Assembly (NCBI GenBank): GCA_049700835.1
Contig: JBNAUL010000002.1
Coordinates: forward strand, 122,129-142,128
Reading direction: 5' to 3'
Length of the DNA stretch: 20,000 nt
From: Candidatus Woesearchaeota archaeon
GTDB taxonomy: Archaea; Nanobdellota; Nanobdellia; Woesearchaeales; WAPY01
Every line of letters starts with the position of its first letter. Position 1 is the first letter of the stretch. The notes under the pieces are model-generated. The model ran no database searches and was not told the DNA's origin. It saw nothing but the letters and a program-made list of their open reading frames with translations. Of the stretch, positions 10,308 through 17,866 are shown piece after piece. The translations under genes were made by a program, and so were the position numbers.

Positions 10308-10652
10308 ATGATGAAAAGAAAAAATAACAAAATAGTTTTTAAGAAGTCATTTCTTAGAAGGAAATCAAGGACTATAAATAAAAAGTTTATTTATTTTGTT
10401 TTAGCAGGGGTTCTTTTGGCTGTGATTTTTTTAGGAATGCTGTATTATTCTGATTTAAAGAAAACAAAGAGAATCACAGAACGCAGCTGCGGAACAATAC
10501 AGGGCTATGTGCTTCAAAGCATAGCAGATGAAGCGCAATGCAAACAATTCTGCACAGTAAGGTGCGAATCAGAACAACTTCGTTATAAAAAGAGCATTTT
10601 TGAGCAAGGAGCTCTTGGAGAGTGCAATACCTGTACATGCATATGCCACTAA
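10308..10652 (+). CDS. Small single-pass membrane protein with a C-terminal 8-Cys domain
   Basis: Basic N-terminus, one TM helix (FIYFVLAGVLLAVIFLGMLYY), then C-x16-C-x3-C-x3-C-x19-C-x2-C-x-C-x-C. ATG at 10308/10311 is more plausible than TTG 10230. Confidence 0.7.
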   Translation: MMKRKNNKIVFKKSFLRRKSRTINKKFIYFVLAGVLLAVIFLGMLYYSDLKKTKRITERSCGTIQGYVLQSIADEAQCKQFCTVRCESEQLRYKKSIFEQGALGECNTCTCICH

Positions 10653-10767
10653 TTCTTTTTAAAATATAATTTCTTTTTAGAATTTCAAACAATATAAAAT
10701 CAAGAATATAAAAATATATAAATTTGTTCTGTTTTTAAAAATGCAAGAAGGAGAAGTGGGGGGTCTT

Positions 10768-11265
10768 ATGTTTGGTTTCAAGGACAGCAGAGATGAAAAA
10801 CTGAAAAAATCATTCTCAAAGATAAAAGAAGAGATGGAAGAACACCTAAACTCAATAAATCAAAACACGCAAGAAATACAATCGCTCTACGATTATATTT
10901 ATGAACTCGAATCAAAGATTGACAAATTGAACGAAAAAATAGAAGAGTTGCAAGTAAGCATAATGAATTTAAGGAACAACAATGAGAAGCAGGAGCTCAA
11001 CCTCAAGGAGCAGGAAATCTTTTTAATGCTTTACACAGAAAAGGACTTCTTAGAAATTAATGAAATTTCAGAAAGAACAGGTTTTAGAGAGGAATTTATA
11101 ATAAGCGCTGTGAAGGAACTTATTAAAAAAGGGGTTCCAATAATAAAAAGAGAAGTTAAAGATAAACAGCTTATAAAACTTGATGATTCTTTTAGAGAGA
11201 TTCAAGCAAAGGCAGGGATTATTAAACTTAGTCAGGAACTTAGCAGAAATATGCAAAACTTTTGA
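10768..11265 (+). CDS. Coiled-coil plus C-terminal winged-HTH protein (putative DNA-binding)
   Basis: N-terminal heptad repeats, then LNLKEQEIFLML...INEISERTG...AVKELIKKGVPI, a wHTH-like pattern. Start at ATG 10768 (G-rich SD upstream) or 10741. Confidence 0.7.
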   Translation: MFGFKDSRDEKLKKSFSKIKEEMEEHLNSINQNTQEIQSLYDYIYELESKIDKLNEKIEELQVSIMNLRNNNEKQELNLKEQEIFLMLYTEKDFLEINEISERTGFREEFIISAVKELIKKGVPIIKREVKDKQLIKLDDSFREIQAKAGIIKLSQELSRNMQNF

Positions 11266-11269
11266 TGCA

Positions 11270-12055
11270 AAACTCTTTAAAAATTTAAAAGAACATTCAA
11301 AATTTTTTATTAAATATTAATTAAATCTAACTTTTTTATTAAGATTTGTTTTATTCTGCACTTTTTCTATTTAATTTTCTTTTTGAAGTTTTTTGAACAG
11401 AATTTAATGGTGCCTAAAAAATGCTTAAAGTTTGTGTTTTAAACTTTGTTTTCTTGTTTTTTTAAGATTATAAACTCTTTGGATGTCTCACTTTTCATGA
11501 ATATTTCATGATATTCTTAAAATATTTATGAATAAAGTTATAAATAATTGCTTTATTTTTATTAATTCTTAATACTTTTTTTATTCATCTCAATTTTATT
11601 AACTTTTTAAATTAGATTTTTAGGAAATTTAATGTAAAATATAATTTTTAAAATATTAATTATAAATAGTTTTTTGTTATTAATATTTTTTATTTATTAT
11701 TTATAATTAGTTTAAATTAAAAATATATTATATTAAATATTTTATGTTTTATATTCTTTATTATTTATATAATATATTTATAGAAAGCAATTTTATTTCA
11801 AATTATTTTTAAAGATTAATAATTATTATTTAGTGGTATCTGTAATTTAAATAGAGTGATAAAAAACCAACACTTAAGAATTGAAATTCAACCCATTACA
11901 AATGCTTTTAGTGCTTTGCAAAAAAATTATATTAAATATTATAATCTTTGATCAAAAGTTATTATCTAATATTTAATAAATATTTTTTATCATAAATTAA
12001 AATATTTAAGCACAATTTTTATAATATGAAATTGCATCTGCTTTTTGGAACCTGC
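11270..12055. other. Extremely AT-rich non-coding tract
   Basis: About 790 bp with no ORF in the track and long stretches almost devoid of G/C (e.g. 11630-11830). Confidence 0.8.
11406..11417 (+). repeat. Left arm of a 12-bp inverted repeat, AATGGTGCCTAA
   Basis: Exact reverse complement at 13786-13797 (TTAGGCACCATT). Confidence 0.6.
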
Positions 12056-12059
12056 ATAA

Positions 12060-12794
12060 TCAGCCCTTAGAATTAGCAGCATTAAACAATTCCTCATCTA
12101 TTATCGCAGGGTGTTTTCCTTTATAATATGTATTGTTAAACATTACAAATCCAAGATAGAACTTGTTTTTGAGCATCTTTTTTATGCCGACATGGCTTAT
12201 TCCAACAATCTTTGAAATCTCCCTCAATGATTTTCCTTCAGCCCTCATCTTGAATATATCTATTACTATCTGTTTTTTCTCTTCATCAACAACTGTCTCT
12301 TTGTTGATGATTTTGTAACCCAAAGGAGGCCTGTTTTGAGTATATCCTGATTTTGCTTTGTTGTTCATAACATCCTTTAATCTTTCAACTATCTGTTTTC
12401 TCTCAAACTCATTTACAGCTCCAATAATCTGCCTTATAAGAACTCCTACAGGATCTTGGCCGTATTGTTCTTTTAAACTTATAACCTCTATTCCAAGCTT
12501 CATTAACCTTCTTACAATTCCTTCTGTTTCATAGTTATCCCTTCCAAGCCTGCTGTAGGAATATATTAATAGAACATCAAAACCCTTTTTTTCTGCTTCG
12601 TCAAGCATCTCTTGAAGACCAGGCCTTGATTCAAATTTGCTTCCAGAAATGCCTTCATCTTTAAATATTTTAGTAACAGCCATATTATTTTTTGTTGCAT
12701 ACTCTGTAAGGTCCATTACTTGGGAATTTATGCTAAAACCTTCTTTTGCTTGTTCCTCTGTTGAAACTCTTACATACAAAGCAGCCCTTCTCAT
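12060..12794 (-). CDS. Serine recombinase: resolvase catalytic domain plus recombinase domain, no zinc-ribbon domain
   Basis: LYVRVSTEEQ (catalytic Ser10), DEGISG, RPGLQEML, SRLGR, E-helix EFERKQIVER, then PPLGY...NKFYLG...HPAIIDEELF and a stop. Confidence 0.93.
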   Translation of the reverse strand: MRRAALYVRVSTEEQAKEGFSINSQVMDLTEYATKNNMAVTKIFKDEGISGSKFESRPGLQEMLDEAEKKGFDVLLIYSYSRLGRDNYETEGIVRRLMKLGIEVISLKEQYGQDPVGVLIRQIIGAVNEFERKQIVERLKDVMNNKAKSGYTQNRPPLGYKIINKETVVDEEKKQIVIDIFKMRAEGKSLREISKIVGISHVGIKKMLKNKFYLGFVMFNNTYYKGKHPAIIDEELFNAANSKG

Positions 12795-12812
12795 AAAAAC
12801 ACCAATTTAATC

Positions 12813-12932
12813 TGTTAATTAAGGTTTGTTCTTTTAAATTTTCAATTTTTAATTATTTTTTATCAAAAATTTATGTTAACTAAGGTAAAAAATCAATAAA
12901 ATCCTGTTAACTAACCTGTACCTTAGTAAACA
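12813..12932. repeat. Cluster of four TGTTWAYTAA(GGTA) motifs; putative recombinase binding/res-like site
   Basis: 12813 TGTTAATTAAGGT; 12874 TGTTAACTAAGGTA; 12905 TGTTAACTAA; 12919-12932 reverse strand TGTTTACTAAGGTA (13/14 inverted match to the 12874 copy). Confidence 0.7.
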
Positions 12933-12945
12933 AAAACAGAACAAG

Positions 12946-12960
12946 TATATAAATTTTTCT
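12946..12960 (-). promoter_or_regulatory. Putative BRE/TATA promoter of the recombinase
   Basis: Minus strand reads AGAAAAA-TTTATATA; the expected TSS near 12920-12925 overlaps the outermost repeat copy. Confidence 0.5.
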
Positions 12961-13033
12961 ATATTAATATACATTTTATTATATTTTTTAAATATTTTAA
13001 GTACTTTAAATATTTTTAAGGATTCAATGAGAT

Positions 13034-13468
13034 TCAATGAGCTAAAAATAATTTAAAGAATTCATCAATAATTTCATTTCTTATACAGCATATTTTGTCT
13101 TCTAATATAGAATCTTTAGATAACCCATCTGCCATTTTGCCATTAGTTTGAGTGCTGTATTTGGCAATTATAAAATTTAACTCGTTTAATTTCTCATTTA
13201 TAACTATGTACTTTGAATCAAGAACCTGCTGTTTAAAACTCTGTGAAACCATGTTGAATAATAAATCATCAAAATGGTGCATTAATAGTTTGCATTGGTT
13301 CTTTATGTCAATTGCTCTTGCATAATCCTTTATTTGTCCAAAGTAATGATTAACTAAGCTAATGACATTTAATATTAAGCACATAAATTGATAAAAAAAC
13401 AATGTGTTTATATATTTTTCTAATTTATTTACTTTATAGGGATTAATAAAATTATCTAATAAGATCAT
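13034..13468 (-). CDS. Doubtful AT-rich hypothetical protein
   Basis: A 144-codon open frame is long for such AT-rich DNA, but there is no recognisable motif or SD. Confidence 0.4.
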   Translation of the reverse strand: MILLDNFINPYKVNKLEKYINTLFFYQFMCLILNVISLVNHYFGQIKDYARAIDIKNQCKLLMHHFDDLLFNMVSQSFKQQVLDSKYIVINEKLNELNFIIAKYSTQTNGKMADGLSKDSILEDKICCIRNEIIDEFFKLFLAH

Positions 13469-13469
13469 G

Positions 13470-14200
13470 CAAGAATAATTAATATAAACTTATTGTTTAT
13501 GCTAAAAACATTTAATTATATATTAAATTAAATATTGTTATTTTTGATAAAATATTTTAAGCATTATTGTATTTGATATAAAATATTTTATAATCTATAT
13601 TAAATATTAGTTATATTATAATTATACTAATATAATAATTCTTATTTAATATACCTTTTATAATTATAATAATAAAAAAAATATTTTAAAGTATTCTCTT
13701 TGTTTTATTTCTTATTTTTAAATAATGCAAAAAAGATTATTTTTATACAGAATCAATAGGTGCAATAAAAATTAATTAAAATTAGTTAGGCACCATTTAT
13801 CTTATTGTTTTTTTTGAAAAAGTGAGAGTTTGAGTTTTGAAAAGTATTATTGTAATAAGATCAAAATAAGATTACAATATTACAAGCAAAAAATCAAAAA
13901 ATTTTATTAATAAATATGGAGTGTTAAATCTAAAATATGCAGTTCTTATTTAATGATTTTCTTTGTTTAGTTTTTTGCTAAATCACAGCAATGTATACAA
14001 AAGTTAGTTAAAAGATATAGGTTCACTCTACTAAATTTTTGCATTAAGAACCTCAATAACTTAAAAATAGACCAAAATTTTTTTATAAATTCTTTTGCAA
14101 TCTTTTTATAATTTTTTAATTCCTTGTTTTGATTAATTCTTGATAATTTTTTTAAAAGTTGTTTTTTCTAAAAATAGAAAATTTGAAGATTTTAAATGGA
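13470..14200. other. Second extremely AT-rich non-coding tract
   Basis: About 730 bp with no ORF in the track; contains the right IR arm and a TATTGTAAT...ATTACAATA dyad at 13848-13879. Confidence 0.75.
13786..13797 (-). repeat. Right arm of the 12-bp inverted repeat
   Basis: TTAGGCACCATT is the reverse complement of 11406-11417. Confidence 0.6.
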
Positions 14201-14272
14201 TTTTAAATGAGATTTTCCATAATCGTTAGTTTTTTAAATAACTCCTTTTTATTTATTCTCAGAGGTGAGAAT

Positions 14273-14701
14273 ATGCTTGTTGAACCGAAGAGCGCCGAGG
14301 AACTTTACTATTACACTGATAGGGATATTTGTTCTGGTTCTGCTAGAGTTTGGGTTTTCAAGCTAAAATGCCCAAAATGCAGCAGTTATGTTCAAAAACC
14401 AAGAGATAAAAACGGAAAACCTATGAAAAAAGCAGATTATTATGAATGCCAAAAATGCGGTTTTAGAATGGATGCGAAAGAGTATGAAAGCAAGTTAATG
14501 GCTAACATTCAATACAAATGCCCTTATTGCGGGTTCAAAGGAGAATTGCAGATTCCTTTTTCAAGGAAAAATGTGTATTTTAAGGAGTTTGATGAGGCAA
14601 AAGGCAAGGAGAAGAAGAGCAAGGTTTTAGCCCTTGTCTTTAAATGTGAGAAGTGCCAAAAAGAAATTTATGTAACTCAAAAGATGAAGGATGTAAAGTA
14701 G
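14273..14701 (+). CDS. Double zinc-ribbon protein (four CxxC)
   Basis: CPKC, CQKC, CPYC, CEKC; GAGGTGA SD immediately before ATG 14273. Confidence 0.82.
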   Translation: MLVEPKSAEELYYYTDRDICSGSARVWVFKLKCPKCSSYVQKPRDKNGKPMKKADYYECQKCGFRMDAKEYESKLMANIQYKCPYCGFKGELQIPFSRKNVYFKEFDEAKGKEKKSKVLALVFKCEKCQKEIYVTQKMKDVK

Positions 14702-14735
14702 TAAAAATTAAAAAAATTTTTGTTTTTTAATTGGG

Positions 14736-15542
14736 TTATCTAGCTGATTTGTAATGCTTAAGACATCTCTTAATTTTACCCTCAAGATTTCCATTGTTGT
14801 TATCTTTAACAAATCCGTCCTTCAACAGCAAAATTAGTTTGGGCAGGTGGACTTCTAAATTTTCGTGAAACATTTCAATATCGTTTTCAGAAAATTGATA
14901 AATTGCATTAAAAAGAACATAGTATTCCTTTTCAACAAGTTTCCTGTTAAGAGAATTCCTTCTTTTCTGAGAATAGTTTTTGAACTCTTCTTTGTCCTCT
15001 TGGCTGAAACCATCTTGCCTGTCTCTCTTTAATAAAAATTCTATCGTCAGCATCTCAAAAAAAAGTGCGTATCCATGAGCAAGATTTTCTTTTGAGGAAT
15101 TTATTGTTTCAGAACTTAGAACTTGTGAGAATCTTTTATAGAAAGACATTTCAGAAATTTCATGAACCAAACTGATAAAATAAGAATTCTTTCTCAGCAT
15201 CTTATAGTTAAAATCTATTACATAATCATAATCGCTTACAAATTCCCTTTTAAATTCAAGATTTTCAAAGAATGGTTCATAGGTTACGCCCTTTAAAGAT
15301 GGAGAAGAGTTAAATATTTTCTTTGGTATTTTGAGTTCTATTGTTTTCTTGTCATGGCTAAATGTTTGGGTGTCAAAATTCTCAGAAGGATCTACGATGA
15401 ACTCTGGAAAACTTATCTTTGTGTTGGGGTTTATTTTCTTAAATTCATTTGAAAAATTTTTAGAAAGATAGTTTTTCGCATTGTTCATTGCGTTTTCCAA
15501 GTATTCTTCCCTTTTTACAAGGGGTTTATCTTTTGAATGCAT
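14736..15542 (-). CDS. Hypothetical protein with an HExxE...AH motif
   Basis: 268-aa ORF containing LVHEISE and NLAHGYALFFE. Confidence 0.7.
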   Translation of the reverse strand: MHSKDKPLVKREEYLENAMNNAKNYLSKNFSNEFKKINPNTKISFPEFIVDPSENFDTQTFSHDKKTIELKIPKKIFNSSPSLKGVTYEPFFENLEFKREFVSDYDYVIDFNYKMLRKNSYFISLVHEISEMSFYKRFSQVLSSETINSSKENLAHGYALFFEMLTIEFLLKRDRQDGFSQEDKEEFKNYSQKRRNSLNRKLVEKEYYVLFNAIYQFSENDIEMFHENLEVHLPKLILLLKDGFVKDNNNGNLEGKIKRCLKHYKSAR

Positions 15543-15679
15543 GTTTTTTAGTTGAAATAATTGATATATAAAATTTGTGTTATTTTTTAGTGATTAATTT
15601 TTTCTAAAAAGCTTTAAATAATATTTAAATAACACTCTTATAAAAAATTATAAAAACTAAAAATAAGTTGAAATTCAAC

Positions 15680-17863
15680 ATGAAAGCAAAGAAAACAATA
15701 AAAGTGGATTTTGGAAAAAATAATAAAACCAAAGAAAGAATTTTAATTACAGCAGCATTGCCTTATGCCAATGGTTCAATACACATAGGTCATCTTTTAG
15801 AATACATAACAACAGACATTTTTGCAAGAGCTTTAAAACTAAATAGCAAGGATGCTATTTATATCTGCGCTGACGACACTCATGGAACTCCAATACAAGT
15901 AAATGCAATGAAGCTTGGAATAAAACCTGAAGAGCTGATAGCAAGGTTTTATGAAGAACACTTAAAAGATTTTTCTGAATTCCATATATCTTTTGACAAT
16001 TATTATACAACACACAGCACAGAAAATAAAGTACTTGTAGAGTTTTTCTTTAAAAAAGCTCTTGACAAGGGTTTTGTTTACAAAAAACAACTAAAACAAC
16101 TCTATTGCGAGCATTGTAAGATTTTTTTACCTGATAGATTTGTAAAAGGGAAATGTCCTAAGTGTGGTGCTGAAGACCAGTATGGGGATGTTTGCGAAAA
16201 GTGCGGTGCTGTTTACAAGCCAACAGAACTCATAGAGCCTTACTGCGCAATCTGCAAGAACAAACCAATATTGAAAGAAACAGAACATTTCTTCTTTAAA
16301 CTTAGCGCTTTTAGCGATAAGTTAAAGCATTGGCTGTTAAGCAATAAAGAATTGCAAAAAGAAATTGTTAATTCAATAATGAACTGGATAGATACTGGTT
16401 TGGAAGATTGGTGCATAAGCAGGGACGAACCATATTTTGGTTTTGAGATTCCAAACAATCCAAAAAAATACTTTTATGTTTGGTTGGATGCTCCAATAGG
16501 TTACATTGCAAGCACTTGGAACTATTGCAAAAAAAGAAACATTGATTATAGAGATTATTGGCAAAATGAAAACTCAAAAATAATTCATGTTATAGGAAAG
16601 GACATAATTTATTTTCACTTCTTGTTTTGGCCTGCATTGTTGATGACTGCTGATTTTAACTTACCATTCAAGGAAATAGTCCATGGTTATGTTAATATTA
16701 ACAATGAGAAAATGTCAAAGTCGAGAGGAACATTCATAACAGCAAGGCAATTTTTGAACACAGGAATTAATCCAGAATACTTAAGGTTTTACTTTGCTGC
16801 CAACACATCAAACAAACTATCAGATGTGAATTTTGATTTTAGCGATTTTACTGAAAAGATAAACTCTGAGTTAGTCGCGAAGATAGCAAACTTTTCATAC
16901 AGAATTCTAAGCTTTATAAACAACAATTTTGATTCTAAAATAGGTAGTTTCAATGAGAATGAATATAAAGAATTGATAGAAGAATTTAACGAAAGCAAAA
17001 GAAAAATAATAAGAAATTATGAGGACTTCAATTTTAGGGAAGCTGTTAAGGAATTGATAATGATTAGCGATTTAGGGAACAAGTTCTTCCAAGAAAAAGA
17101 ACCTTGGAACTCAATAAAATCCGAGAAGCAAAAAACGCTTGAAATAATAAGTTTCAGCGCAAACTTGGTTAAGAATCTTGCAATACTCATAAAACCAATA
17201 CTGCCTGAGTATTCGTCTAAAATTTTAGAACAGATGAACTTGAGCAAGGAGTTGAGTTTTAAAGATATTGATTTTAAATTAAGAAATCACGCTGTTAAAA
17301 AAGCAGAAATTCTGCTTAAAAAAATAGAAAGAACTCAGTTAGACAGCATGATTGGAAATATTGCTGAAAACAAAACAGAAGAAAAAAATTCTATGAGAGA
17401 TTTTTCAAAATTGGACTTAAGAGTTGCTGTTGTTGAAGATGTACAAAAACACCCGAATGCAGATAAACTTTATGTTTTAAAAATAAATCTTGGAGATCAC
17501 AAGAGACAATTGGTTGCTGGTTTAAGAGCTCATTACAAAGAAGAAGAACTTTTAGGAAAGCATTTAATCATAGTTGCAAACCTTAAACAAGCAGTAATAA
17601 GGGGTTTTAAGAGCGAGGGAATGCTTTTGGCAGTAGACGATGGGAATAAAGTAGTTGTTTTAGAAGCAAAAAAAACAAGTCCTGGGGAAATGGTTTTTAT
17701 TGAAGGTATAAACAGAAATCCTGCAAGAGAAATCAGCATAGAAGAATTCTTACAAATAGGATTAACAACTAAAAACAAGAAAGTCGTTTATGATGGAAAA
17801 CCATTAAAAACAAGAGATGAAGAATTAACAATAGATATTTGTGATAATGCTAAGATTAAGTGA
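15680..17863 (+). CDS. metG: Methionyl-tRNA synthetase with C-terminal tRNA-binding (Trbp111/EMAPII-like OB) domain
   Basis: ALPYANGSIHIGH (HIGH), four CxxC Zn knuckles, YVWLDA, IGKDI, KMSKS, C-terminal LDLRV...HPNADKL...SEGMLLA. Start at ATG 15680 or TTG 15668. Confidence 0.98.
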   Translation: MKAKKTIKVDFGKNNKTKERILITAALPYANGSIHIGHLLEYITTDIFARALKLNSKDAIYICADDTHGTPIQVNAMKLGIKPEELIARFYEEHLKDFSEFHISFDNYYTTHSTENKVLVEFFFKKALDKGFVYKKQLKQLYCEHCKIFLPDRFVKGKCPKCGAEDQYGDVCEKCGAVYKPTELIEPYCAICKNKPILKETEHFFFKLSAFSDKLKHWLLSNKELQKEIVNSIMNWIDTGLEDWCISRDEPYFGFEIPNNPKKYFYVWLDAPIGYIASTWNYCKKRNIDYRDYWQNENSKIIHVIGKDIIYFHFLFWPALLMTADFNLPFKEIVHGYVNINNEKMSKSRGTFITARQFLNTGINPEYLRFYFAANTSNKLSDVNFDFSDFTEKINSELVAKIANFSYRILSFINNNFDSKIGSFNENEYKELIEEFNESKRKIIRNYEDFNFREAVKELIMISDLGNKFFQEKEPWNSIKSEKQKTLEIISFSANLVKNLAILIKPILPEYSSKILEQMNLSKELSFKDIDFKLRNHAVKKAEILLKKIERTQLDSMIGNIAENKTEEKNSMRDFSKLDLRVAVVEDVQKHPNADKLYVLKINLGDHKRQLVAGLRAHYKEEELLGKHLIIVANLKQAVIRGFKSEGMLLAVDDGNKVVVLEAKKTSPGEMVFIEGINRNPAREISIEEFLQIGLTTKNKKVVYDGKPLKTRDEELTIDICDNAKIK

Positions 17864-17866
17864 TTT

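Noticed and set aside
13021..13040. GATTCAATGA x2 as a target-site duplication
   Set aside because: The copies are adjacent with nothing inserted between them, so this is most likely a simple slippage duplication.
11486..13827. Extension of the cassette inverted repeat by TCTCACTTTT (11486) / AAAAGTGAGA (13818)
   Set aside because: It is not colinear with the 12-bp arms (inside on the left, outside on the right), so it cannot form one longer terminal repeat.
11270..14200. Canonical archaeal oriC with ORB elements
   Set aside because: No ORB-like TCCA..GAAAC/G-string boxes and no cdc6/orc1 gene were seen. It is kept only as a non-canonical hypothesis.
1473..17778. Numerous short antisense ORFs (e.g. 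1473-1838, 2876-3343, 4459-4830, 8859-9242, 9899-10252, 16240-17778)
   Set aside because: They lie opposite well-supported genes and have the Ser/Phe/Ile-rich composition expected of reverse-strand shadows.
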